Positions 35,239 to 50,200 of a DNA stretch of 64,000 nucleotides are shown here, piece after piece. Source of the DNA: Kiritimatiellia bacterium (GTDB taxonomy: Bacteria; Verrucomicrobiota; Kiritimatiellia; CAIKKV01); assembly GCA_046484345.1 (NCBI GenBank), contig JAWOJA010000088.1, positions 8,271 through 72,270 on the forward strand, written 5' to 3'. How positions within the stretch are numbered: the first letter of the stretch is position 1; every line of letters starts with the position of its first letter. A program made the position numbers and the translations under genes. A model generated the notes under the pieces. It ran no database searches and was not told where the DNA came from. It saw nothing but the letters and a program-made list of their open reading frames with translations.

Positions 35239-35278
35239 CCCGCGCGGAACCAGACGGTCGGCGCTGCTCCTGTCCGCG

Positions 35279-36337
35279 TTGCTGGCGCTGGCGGGCCAGC
35301 CCCTTCTCGCGCAGCCAGCCGCCGCTGAACGGGAAGCCGCGGAGCCGGAGTCCGAGCGCACGATCTCCTTTGAGGGGGGGGTCCCCTCCCCAACCGCGCA
35401 CGGCCCCCTGCTGATAAAGCCGGACCGGTTCAACAGTTTTTCGGAACGGCTCGATTTCATCCACGCCAACATGGAGCCCACCCTGAAGCGTCATGTCATC
35501 CGGGCGGATGATCTGTTCCGAAACAACACGCTCTTTCCGTCCCGGCAGCCGGAGACGCGGTTCCGGCTTGTCACACAGGCCGAATTGCGGGCCAAGCGGA
35601 ACGATTGGAGTTACCGGTTCGAACCCAACTTTGACGCCGATATCGACCTTCCCGCCCTGGAGCACCGCTGGCGCCTTTACCTGCACAGCCGCGCGCGCGA
35701 TACGATCGGCGAACGCGATCCCGACGAGGGCGAGCGGACCACCCGTTTGGGCCTGTACCGTTTCCGTAAAGAGTACAACATCAGCACGGACACCGGCGTG
35801 CGGCTGAGGACCATTCCCGAGGCCTACGCCCGGATCCAGTGGGGACACAACTGGAATCCCGGCCTCTGGGTCATCCGACCGGGTCAGCGGTTTTTTTATG
35901 AAACCGACAAGGGCTACGGCTCGTTAACCTCCCTCACCTTCCACCGCTGGGTCAGCACCAAGCCCCATGTGTTCATCCAGGCCATCAGCTCCGCCGAAAA
36001 CAGCGAAACCTCCCAAGGCACGGAATTCGAACAGGTCTTCCGCGTGGGCAAAGTCCGGGAAGCCCTCGAATTCATGGATCGCTGGGAGCGCGTGTTGGGC
36101 GACCGGGACATCGCGCGGGGCTATGTGTTCCGCTTCAGCGTGACCGGCCGCGACGAGCATGAAAGCGTGGTGGACGGCTACCGGCTGGGGGCGGTCATCC
36201 GCCGCCCCCTGTACAAGAAATGGATCTACCTGCACATCAATCCGGAAGTGATGTGCGAGAACGACTCAAACTGGGAACCCGAACTGCGGATCCGCGTGTC
36301 GTTCGACATGCTGTTCTGGGGCGCCCAGGAACGGTAA
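35279..36337 (+). CDS. Secreted beta-strand-rich protein (candidate outer-membrane component)
   Basis: 352-aa ORF from TTG 35279. The same frame is open from 35213 and encodes RRSALLLSALLALAGQPLLAQPAAA, so the signal peptide starts upstream of the track start. The rest shows alternating aromatic/polar beta-strand patterns (WVIRPGQRFFYETDKGYGSLTSLTFHRW...). Confidence 0.65.
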   Translation: MLALAGQPLLAQPAAAEREAAEPESERTISFEGGVPSPTAHGPLLIKPDRFNSFSERLDFIHANMEPTLKRHVIRADDLFRNNTLFPSRQPETRFRLVTQAELRAKRNDWSYRFEPNFDADIDLPALEHRWRLYLHSRARDTIGERDPDEGERTTRLGLYRFRKEYNISTDTGVRLRTIPEAYARIQWGHNWNPGLWVIRPGQRFFYETDKGYGSLTSLTFHRWVSTKPHVFIQAISSAENSETSQGTEFEQVFRVGKVREALEFMDRWERVLGDRDIARGYVFRFSVTGRDEHESVVDGYRLGAVIRRPLYKKWIYLHINPEVMCENDSNWEPELRIRVSFDMLFWGAQER

Positions 36338-36350
36338 CCCAGCGGACGGC

Positions 36351-36554
36351 TCAGCGGCGCCGCCCCACCACGGTCAGGGTCCAAAGGCTGCCGATGGTAA
36401 TCCCGATCAGCAAGGTCAGCCCCAGCAAGACGGCATTCGGCATCGTGACCGTGACAAAGAGGAACCGGGTGTTCACGGGTTGCGCGTTTTGAAGGATCAC
36501 GACAACACCCAGCAACAGCGCCGCAAGCATCCCGATCAGTTTTGCTTTTTTCAT
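36351..36554 (-). CDS. LapA/DUF1049-like small inner-membrane protein
   Basis: 67 aa with two TM helices and the pattern ...ILQNAQPVNTRFLFVTVTMPNAVLL... typical of the LapA domain. Confidence 0.7.
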   Translation of the reverse strand: MKKAKLIGMLAALLLGVVVILQNAQPVNTRFLFVTVTMPNAVLLGLTLLIGITIGSLWTLTVVGRRR

Positions 36555-36595
36555 TCCAAGACACTTTCTTTCAGGAACCCCGCGGGCCGGAGAGC

Positions 36596-38164
<1,569 letters not shown>

Positions 38165-38180
38165 GCCGCCCTCCCGCGCG

Positions 38181-39331
38181 CTAGGCGCGACGGATCAGTT
38201 CCCGAAACCGCTCGAACAGGTAGAAGGCGTCATGGGGACCCGGACCGGCTTCCGGATGGTACTGCACCGAGAACATGGGCGCCCGGCGGTGCCGCAGCCC
38301 CTCCACGGTCTGGTCGTTCAAATTGATGTGCGTCACTTCCACCGCCGCCCCGTCCAGCGTCGCCGGATCGACCGAGTAGTTGTGGTTCTGCGAGGTGATC
38401 TCCACCTTGCCGGTATGCAAATCCTTCACCGGCTGGTTGCAGCCGTGGTGGCCGAATTTCAGGCGGAACGTGCGCCCGCCCATGGCCAGGCCCAGAATCT
38501 GGTGGCCCAGGCAGATGCCCATCACCGGCGTTTTTCCCACCAGGCCCTTCGCCGCTTCGATGGCGTAGGTCAGGGCGGCCGGGTCGGCCGGGCCGTTCGA
38601 CAGGAACACGCCGTCCGGCTTCATCGCGAGCACCTGGGCGGCCGGCGTTTTCGCCGGCACCACGGTCACCGCCATGCCGCTGCGGCGCAGGCCGCGCAAA
38701 ATGTTCCACTTGATCCCGAAGTCATAGGCCACGATCTTCAGGTCCGCCGGCCGCGGCGTCTCCGCCGGCCCGAAGCTCGCCGTCAGGCTCCCGTCGGGAT
38801 CCCAGGCATAGGGCTTTGCGCACGAGACTTTCGCCGCGTAATCCTGCCCGTCCAGCCCCTCCCACGCGCGGGCCCGCCGCACGCCCTCTTCGGGCGTCAC
38901 GGAACCCGTGGCGCACAAGAAGCCCTTCTGCGTTCCCTTTTCGCGCAGCAGCGCGGTGAGGGCGCGGGTGTCGAGCCCCGCCAGCGCGGGGATGCCCTGC
39001 TCGATGAGGGCGGCGGCCAGCGACCGCTCCGAGCGCCAGTTGCTCGGCTCGCGCATGTCGTGCACAAGGAAGCCCGAAGCGTGGAAGCGCGCCGACTCCA
39101 TGTCGGCCGCGTTGACGCCGGTGTTCCCGATCTGGGTGCTTGTCATGACCACGAACTGCCCGGCGTAGGAGGGATCGCTCAGGATCTCCTGGTACCCGCT
39201 CAGCCCGGTGTTGAACACGGCTTCGCCCAGCGCGTCGACGGGCGCGCCCGCGGACCAGCCCCGCAGCACGGTGCCGTCGGCCAGGGCCAGGAAGGCCTTG
39301 CGGTCGCGCTGTTCTTTCCAATTCCAATGGC

Positions 39332-39335
<4 letters not shown>
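38181..39335 (-). CDS. carA: Carbamoyl-phosphate synthase small (glutaminase) subunit
   Basis: The true start [26 protein letters not shown] at 39335 overlaps the carB stop (ATGA). Class-I GATase motifs GICLGHQIL and ...HH.... are present. The 842-aa track ORF is a run-through into antisense carB. Confidence 0.95.
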
Positions 39336-42661
<3,326 letters not shown>

Positions 42662-42688
42662 GTCGCCCTCTCCCCTTGCCGATCCGTT

Positions 42689-44314
42689 CTACCGCGAACT
42701 CCCCGGGCCGCGTTTCGCCGCGGCCACGAACCCGCGGAACAGCGGGTGCGCCTCCAGCGGCGTGGAGCGGAACTCGGGATGAAACTGGCAGGCCACGAAC
42801 CAGGGATGGTCCTTCAGCTCGACCAGCTCCACGAGTTCCCCGTCCGGGGACATGCCCCCGAACACGAGCCCCTTCTTCGCCATGGCGTCGCGGTAGGCGT
42901 TGTTAAATTCATACCGGTGGCGGTGGCGCTCCGTGACCGCCGCCCGTTCGTAGGCCGCCCGGCCCTGCGTGCCCTCGGAAAGGGCGCAGGGGTAGGCCCC
43001 CAGCCGCATGGTGCCGCCCTTGGCCCGCACCGTCTTCTGGCTCTCCATCAGGTGGATCACCGGGTGCGGGGTCGCCTCGTCAAATTCCGTGCTGTTTGCC
43101 CCCGCCAGGCCGCAGACGTTGCGGGCGAACTCCATGACCGCGCATTGCATGCCCAGGCAGATGCCGAAAAACGGGATCCGGTTTTCGCGGGCGTGGCGCA
43201 CCGCCGCAATCTTCCCCTCCACCCCGCGGCCGCCGAAGCCGCCGGGCACCAGGATGCCGGCCGCGCCCTTCAGCAGGGCCTCCGCGCCGCGGGCCTCGAT
43301 CTCCTCGGACTCCACCATCCGCACGGCGACCTTCACGCCGTTGGCGATGCCGCCGTGCGTGAGCGCCTCGTAAATGCTTTTGTAGGCGTCGCGCAGGGTG
43401 ATGTACTTGCCCACCACCGCGATCTCCACCTCGCCGCCGGGGGGCGCGATGAGCGTCTGCACCATCTTCTGCCAGTCCCCAATATCGAGACGATTGACGT
43501 GCAGGTTCAGCGCCTCGAGCACGTAGACATCGAGGTCCTGGCGCGCCAGGTCGAGCGGCACCTCGTAAATCGAGTGCGCCACGTCCTTCTCCTCGATCAC
43601 GAACTCCTCGGCCACGTTGCAGAACAGCGCCAGCTTGTCGCGGTGCTCCTTCTGCATCGACCGCTCGCAGCGGCAGATGAGGAAATCGGGAACAATGCCG
43701 AGGCCCTGCAGGATCTGCACCGACTGCTGCGAGGGCTTCGTCTTCATCTCGCCGGCCGCCCGGATGTAGGGCACCAGCGTGACGTGCACGAAGAGGGCGT
43801 TGGCGCGCCCGATGTCGTGCCGGAACTGGCGGATGGCCTCCAGGAAGGGATGCGACTCGATGTCGCCCACCGTGCCGCCGATCTCCGTGATCACCAGGTC
43901 CGTGTCGGGCGTGGCCGCCGAGCGGATCGCGGCCTTGATCTCGTCCGTCACGTGCGGAATCACCTGCACGGTCCTGCCGAGATAGCCGCCCTCGCGCTCG
44001 CGGGCGATGACGGCGCTGTAGATGCGCCCGGTCGTGTAGTTGCTCTCCCGGGTACAGGGCACGCCCGTGAACCGCTCGTAGTGGCCCAGGTCGAGGTCCG
44101 TCTCCGCCCCGTCCTCGGTGACGTACACCTCGCCGTGCTGGTAGGGCGACATGGTGCCGGGATCCACGTTGATGTAGGGATCCATCTTCTGAAGCTTGAC
44201 CTTGTACCCCCGGCGGGACAGCAGCAGCGCCAGGGAGGCCGCCGTGAGTCCCTTGCCCAGGGAGGAAACCACCCCGCCGGTGACGAAGATGTGTTTGGTC
44301 CGCGCGCTCTTCAT
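42689..44314 (-). CDS. pyrG: CTP synthase
   Basis: The start [28 protein letters not shown] is at 44314. The C-terminal GATase carries GICLGMQ. The upstream part of track ORF 42689..45715 is antisense read-through of purF. Confidence 0.95.
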   Translation of the reverse strand: MKSARTKHIFVTGGVVSSLGKGLTAASLALLLSRRGYKVKLQKMDPYINVDPGTMSPYQHGEVYVTEDGAETDLDLGHYERFTGVPCTRESNYTTGRIYSAVIAREREGGYLGRTVQVIPHVTDEIKAAIRSAATPDTDLVITEIGGTVGDIESHPFLEAIRQFRHDIGRANALFVHVTLVPYIRAAGEMKTKPSQQSVQILQGLGIVPDFLICRCERSMQKEHRDKLALFCNVAEEFVIEEKDVAHSIYEVPLDLARQDLDVYVLEALNLHVNRLDIGDWQKMVQTLIAPPGGEVEIAVVGKYITLRDAYKSIYEALTHGGIANGVKVAVRMVESEEIEARGAEALLKGAAGILVPGGFGGRGVEGKIAAVRHARENRIPFFGICLGMQCAVMEFARNVCGLAGANSTEFDEATPHPVIHLMESQKTVRAKGGTMRLGAYPCALSEGTQGRAAYERAAVTERHRHRYEFNNAYRDAMAKKGLVFGGMSPDGELVELVELKDHPWFVACQFHPEFRSTPLEAHPLFRGFVAAAKRGPGSSR

Positions 44315-44322
44315 GCCCCCTC

Positions 44323-45741
44323 CTAGTCCCGCTCCAACGATTTCTTGCCGCTCGCCGGGTCCGACGGAATCGGATAGTCGCCCGTGAAACAGGCCGTGCA
44401 GAAATCGGACGGATTCTTGAACGGCGACAGCAGACCCTCGACGCTGAGATAGCCCAGCGAGGAGGCCCCGAGAAACCGGCGGATCTCCTCGACGGACTTG
44501 TGGCCCGCGATCAGCTCTTCGCGGGTCGGGAAATCGATCCCGAAGAAACAGGGATTGGCGGTCGGCGGGCACGAGATGCGCATGTGCACCTCCTTCGCCC
44601 CGGCCGCTTTGAGCATGTCCACGCGCCGCTTGGCCGTGGTGCCCCGCACGATCGAGTCGTCCACCACCACCACGCGCTTGCCGCGGACCACCTCCGTCAG
44701 CACCGCCAGCTTCAGGTCCACGCTCTCGCCGCGCTGGCCGGCCTCGGGCATGATGAAGGTGCGGCCGACATAGTGGTTGCGGATGAAGCCGTAGTCGAGG
44801 GGAATGCCGCTGCCGCGCGAATAGCCCAGGGCCGCGGAGTTGCCGCTGTCGGGCACGGCGATGACGACGTCCGCCTCGACCGGGTGCTCCATGGCCAGCC
44901 GCTGGCCGTACCGCAGCCGCACCTCGTGCACGCTGCAGCCGAACACCATGCTGTCGGGCCGCGCGAAGTAAACCAGCTCGAAGACGCACTGCGCCCGCCG
45001 CGGGCAGGCCTCGCAGTAGGCGTGGGCCCGCATGCCCGTCTCGTCCACGATCACCACCTCGCCCGGCTGAACGTCCCTTAAATAGGTCCCGCCCACCTGC
45101 GCGATCGCGCAGGTTTCGCTGGCGAAGATCCAGGCGTCGCCCAGCCGCCCGATGGCCAGCGGACGGAAACCCCAGGGATCCCGCGCCGCCATGACCGACT
45201 TGGGCGTCATGAGCAGAAATGAAAAAGCGCCCTTGAGCTCGGCAAGGGCGCGAGAGACCCGCTTGGGCCGGTTGCGGAACAGCGGATCGGCCAGCAGGTG
45301 GATCAGCACCTCGCTGTCCGTGCTGGTCTGAAAAATGGAGCCCGCCTCCTGGTACATCCGGCGCAGGGTCGCGGCGTTCACCAGATTGCCGTTGTGCGCC
45401 ACCGCCCACAGACCGTCCACGCATTCCGCCACGAGCGGCTGCACGTTCTGAATCCGCGAGGAGCCGGTCGTCGAGTAGCGTACATGCCCGATGCCGATCG
45501 AACCGGTCAGCGGCTCCAGCGACCCCTTGGTCACCACGTCGTTCAGCAGGCCGATGCCTTTGAGCGAACGCACCTTTTCGCCGTCCGAGACAACAATGCC
45601 GGCCCCCTCCTGCCCGCGATGCTGGAGGGAAAACAGGCCTTGGTATATCAGCGAGGCCGCCCCCGGCCTTCCGTAAATTCCGAAGATGCCGCAGGACTCC
45701 TTCGGTTCGTCGCATTCCATAACCACGTCTCCCGTTGGCAA
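44323..45741 (-). CDS. purF: Amidophosphoribosyltransferase
   Basis: 472 aa with the Ntn Cys in ...[10 protein letters not shown], a PRTase motif [13 protein letters not shown] and C-terminal Cys ligands ([16 protein letters not shown]) of the 4Fe-4S type. Confidence 0.95.
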   Translation of the reverse strand: MPTGDVVMECDEPKESCGIFGIYGRPGAASLIYQGLFSLQHRGQEGAGIVVSDGEKVRSLKGIGLLNDVVTKGSLEPLTGSIGIGHVRYSTTGSSRIQNVQPLVAECVDGLWAVAHNGNLVNAATLRRMYQEAGSIFQTSTDSEVLIHLLADPLFRNRPKRVSRALAELKGAFSFLLMTPKSVMAARDPWGFRPLAIGRLGDAWIFASETCAIAQVGGTYLRDVQPGEVVIVDETGMRAHAYCEACPRRAQCVFELVYFARPDSMVFGCSVHEVRLRYGQRLAMEHPVEADVVIAVPDSGNSAALGYSRGSGIPLDYGFIRNHYVGRTFIMPEAGQRGESVDLKLAVLTEVVRGKRVVVVDDSIVRGTTAKRRVDMLKAAGAKEVHMRISCPPTANPCFFGIDFPTREELIAGHKSVEEIRRFLGASSLGYLSVEGLLSPFKNPSDFCTACFTGDYPIPSDPASGKKSLERD

Positions 45742-45783
45742 TGACCCAGAAAGGCTAAACTATATCATTTTGAAGGGCTATTG

Positions 45784-47229
45784 TCACGCCCGAACAAAAT
45801 CCCGCATCACTTGTTGCGCCGTTTTTATCCCGTCCGCAATGGCGCGGACAACGAGGGACGGGCCCAGCGCCAGATCCCCCACGGCGTAAAGGCCCGGTCG
45901 CCCCGGAATGGCGCCGCCGGCCTCGCGAACCAGGCCGCCGCGCGGACCGACTGCCGCCTGGATCTGCTCGAGCAGGCCGTTTCGCACCGGGCCCGTGAAG
46001 CCCAGGGCCAATAGCACCAGCCCGGCATCCACCCCAAATTCCGTGCCGGGCTTCTCCACCGGTTGCGGCGCCGTTCCGGCTGCCGCTACCCGCCACTCCA
46101 CTTCCGCCGCCCGGAGCCCGCTCACGCGGCCATTTTCGCCCAGAAAAGCCTTGGAGGTTACGCACCAGCGCCGAACGCAGCCCTCTTTGTGGCTGCTCGA
46201 TTCGCGCGCCACCTGCGGCCACTGCGGCCAGGGGTTGCCCGCGGCCCGGCAGGGCGGCGGCTGCGGCAGGATTTCCAGCTGCAACACGGAGGCCGCGCCC
46301 TGCCGGATCGCCGTTCCCACACAGTCCGAACCCGTGTCCCCCCCGCCAATCACCACCACGGCCAGGCCTTTGGCCGAAATCGGGGGTCCCTCCACCGGAT
46401 CGCCCCCATTCAGGCGGTTCTGCCGCGTCAGGTACTCCAACGCCGGATAAATGCCCGCCAGCTCGCGGCCCGGAATCTTCAAATCGCGCGGCTCGCGCGA
46501 GCCGCAGGCCAGAATGATCGCCTCATGCCGGTCCACGAGAAAGCGGATGGAGAGGTCGCGCCCCACCTCCACGCCGCATTCAAACCGCACGCCTTCCGCC
46601 TCCATCAGGGCCACCCGGCGGTCCACCACCGACTTGGCCAACTTGAAATCGGGAATGCCGTAGCGCAGAATGCCGCCCGCCCGGGGCGCGTGCTCGTAAA
46701 CCGTTACCGTGCAACCGGCGCGATTCAGGGCGTCCGCCGCCGCCAGACCCGCGGGACCGGAGCCGATCACGGCCGCCCGGACCCCGTTGCGCGCCGCCGG
46801 CGGCCGGGGCTGGATCAGGCCGGATTCAAACCCGCGTTCGATGATCTCCAGCTCGATCTGACGGATGCCGACCGGGTCACCACCCGCCAGGCCGCACACG
46901 CAGGATCCTTCGCATAGGGCCGGACAGATCCGCGCCGTGAACTCGGGAAAGGGGTTCGTGGACTGGAGGACGGCCAGCGCCTCCGCCCAGCGGCCGTATT
47001 GGACGTGCCGGTTGAACTCCGGAATGAGATTCCCCAGCGGACAGGCATGGCCATGACAGAACGGCGTGCCGCATTCCATGCACCGGGCGGCCTGGCGTTT
47101 CAGCTCCTCTTCCGAAAGCCGCTTTTCCACAGGCATGAAATCACGCACCCGTTCCTCCACGGGCCGGTAACCCGGATCCCGTCTCGGAATGTCCAAAAAC
47201 GCCCGATCGCGATTGATTGGCTGGTCCAT
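45784..47229 (-). CDS. gltD: Glutamate synthase small subunit (NADPH)
   Basis: 481 aa with CMECGTPFCH...CPLGNLIPEFN...FPEFTARICPALCEGSC, AVIGSGPAGLAAA and VVIGGGDTGSDC. Confidence 0.95.
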   Translation of the reverse strand: MDQPINRDRAFLDIPRRDPGYRPVEERVRDFMPVEKRLSEEELKRQAARCMECGTPFCHGHACPLGNLIPEFNRHVQYGRWAEALAVLQSTNPFPEFTARICPALCEGSCVCGLAGGDPVGIRQIELEIIERGFESGLIQPRPPAARNGVRAAVIGSGPAGLAAADALNRAGCTVTVYEHAPRAGGILRYGIPDFKLAKSVVDRRVALMEAEGVRFECGVEVGRDLSIRFLVDRHEAIILACGSREPRDLKIPGRELAGIYPALEYLTRQNRLNGGDPVEGPPISAKGLAVVVIGGGDTGSDCVGTAIRQGAASVLQLEILPQPPPCRAAGNPWPQWPQVARESSSHKEGCVRRWCVTSKAFLGENGRVSGLRAAEVEWRVAAAGTAPQPVEKPGTEFGVDAGLVLLALGFTGPVRNGLLEQIQAAVGPRGGLVREAGGAIPGRPGLYAVGDLALGPSLVVRAIADGIKTAQQVMRDFVRA

Positions 47230-47255
47230 ATTCTTCCTGATCCCATCTCTAAATT

Positions 47256-50200
47256 CTACAGCCGCGAAACCTCTTCGCGCTCTGTAGCCTCATCTTCCCG
47301 CATCATCTGCCCCAGCACGCGCCGGTATTCCATGGGGAACACCTTGACGAACCGGATTCGCGCGTTATCCCAGTCGCCCAGCAGCGCGGCCGCCTTGGGG
47401 CTGCCCGTACACTCGACATGGCGGGCCAGCAGGGCGCGCAGCTCCCGCTCGTCGGCGGCCGTCAGCACCAGATCCAAGTCCGCCATTTCCAGGTTGCAGC
47501 AGGAATCGAACGTGCCCGTTTCATCGTAGACATAGGCGATTCCGCCGCTCATGCCGGCCGCAAAGTTCACGCCTGTCGGCCCCAGCACCACGGCCCGGCC
47601 GCCGGTCATGTACTCGCACCCGTGGTCGCCGCACCCCTCCACCACGGCCGTCGCGCCGCTGTTGCGGATGCAGAACCGTTCGCCCACCTGCCCGTTGACG
47701 AAAACTTCCCCGTCGGTCGCGCCGTACAACAGCACGTTGCCGGCAATGACGTTGTGCGCCGGGTCGTAGGCGGCGCCCGGATAGGGCCGGATCGCGATCC
47801 GCCCGCCCGAGAGCCCCTTGCCCACATAGTCGTTCGCCTCGCCGCTGAGCAGCAGGGTCAACCCCCGGGCCGCAAACGCGCCAAAACTCTGGCCCGCCGC
47901 GCCGGTGAAGGCAAGGGTGATGGAATCGGGCGCCAGGCCGGCCTGCCCATAACGCCGGGCAATCCGGCTGGAAATCACGGCGCCCACCGTGCGATGGACG
48001 TTGCGGATCGACAGGTCCACCCGAACCGGGGCCCCGCCCGCAATGGCGGATTGCACGCGCGGCAACAGGGCATAGTCGAGCGACTGCTCCAGCCCGTGAT
48101 CCTGCGCCTGCAGGCAGCGGCGCGGGCCCGCCGGCGACTGGTGGAAGATGCGGGAGAAATCCAGACCCCGCGCCTTCCAGAAGGTGACGGCGTGATTCGT
48201 ATCCAGCCGGTCGCTCCGGCCCACCATCTCGTCAAACGTCCGGAAGCCAAGCTGCGCCATCCATTCGCGCACCTCTTCGGCAATGAAGCGAAAGAATTCG
48301 ATGACATATTCCGGCTTGCCGCTGTACCGCTTGCGCAGGAGCGGATCCTGGGTGGCCACGCCGACCGGGCAGGTGTTGTTGTGGCACTTGCGCATCATTA
48401 CGCAGCCGCACACCACCAGCGGAGCCGTGGCGAAGCCGAACTCCTCGGCCCCCAACAGGGCGGCCACCACCACGTCGCGCCCCGTCTTCATCTGGCCGTC
48501 GGCCTGAAGCCGCACCCGGCTACGTAGACCGTTCAGCACGAGGGTCTGCTGCGTTTCGGAAAGGCCCAGCTCCCACGGCGCGCCGGCATGCTTGATCGAC
48601 GAGAGCGGCGAGGCGCCCGTGCCCCCGTCGTAGCCGCTGATCAGAATCATGTCGGCCTTCGCCTTGGCCACGCCCGCGGCCACGGTCCCGACACCGACCT
48701 CGGAAACCAGCTTCACCGAAACACGCGCCTCGTCATTGGCGTTCTTCAGGTCATAAATCAGCTGGGCAATGTCCTCGATCGAATAGATGTCATGATGCGG
48801 CGGCGGGGAAATCAGGGTGACCCCCGGCGTGGCGTGGCGGACGCGGGCGATCTCGCGGTCGACCTTATGCCCCGGGAGCTGCCCGCCCTCGCCGGGCTTC
48901 GCGCCCTGGGCGATCTTGATCTGCAGCTCACGGGCGTTGTTGAGGTATTCCGCCGTTACGCCGAAGCGTCCGCTGGCCACCTGCTTGACCGCGCTGCACC
49001 GGCTGTCGCCGTTGGGCAAAACCTTGTAGCGGGCGGGATCCTCGCCGCCTTCCCCGCTGTTGCTGCGACCGCCGAGCCGGTTCATGGCAATGGCCAGGGT
49101 TTCGTGCGCTTCGCGACTGAGCGAGCCGAAGCTCATGGCGCCGGTCACGAAGCGCTTGACGATGGAATCGGCGGACTCGACCTCTTCGAGCGGCACTGCG
49201 GGGCCCGGCTTGAAGACGAACAGGCCGCGCAGGGTGCTCAACCGCTCGGCCTGGTTGTTGATCAGGTCGGCATATTTCCTGTAAAGAGCCCGGTCGGCGG
49301 TGCGGGTCGCCTGCTGGAGCAGGGAAATCGTTTCCGGCGTCCAGAGGTGGCGTTCGCCATCCAGCCTGTAGCGGTACTGGCCGCCGGCAGGGAGGAGTTC
49401 GGGTTTTTCATGGTGCGCAAGGCGCCAGCGCGCGAGCGCCTCAGCCGCTATTTCGGGCAGGCCGATGCCCCCGATGCGGGAAGCGGTGCCGGTGAAGAAG
49501 CGGCCGGAAACATCGCTGTTCAGCCCCACGATCTCAAAAACCTGCGCATTGCGGTAGCTGCGCAGGGTCGAGATGCCCATTTTCGACATGATCTTGAGCA
49601 ACCCCTTGCAGCAGGCCTTGATGTAATTTTCGATGGCGGTCGTCACGTCCAACTTGGCGGACAGGACACCGCGCAGGGCCAGGTCGGCCACGGATTCGTA
49701 AGCCAGATAAGGATTAACCGCCGAGGCGCCGTAGCCGAGCAGCAGGGCCAGGTGCATGACCTCGCGGGCCTCGCCGGTTTCGATCAGCAGACTGGTGCGG
49801 GTGCGGACACCCTGCCGTACGAGATGCTGGTTGACGGCGGATACGGCCAGCAACGCCGGAATAGGCGCCTCGTCAGCGGGCAGGTCCCGGTCGCTGAGGA
49901 CAATTATGCGGGCGCCGGCCCGAATGGCGGCTTCGGCGTCCCGACAGAGCCGCTCGAGCGCCTGCTCCAGCTCGGAGCCTCCCGCCGGCAACGGAAAACC
50001 GGCGGGCAGCGTGACGCTACGGAAATCGTCCAGGTTCAGGGCGCGGATGCGGGCCAGGTCCTCGTTGGACAGAATCGGGTATTTCAGTTTGACCAGCCGG
50101 GCGTAGGCGGGCTTTTCTTCGAGAATCTGGTCGGTATTGCCAATGAAGGTCATGAGCGACATGACCAGCTCCTCGCGGATGGGATCGATGGGCGGGTTGG

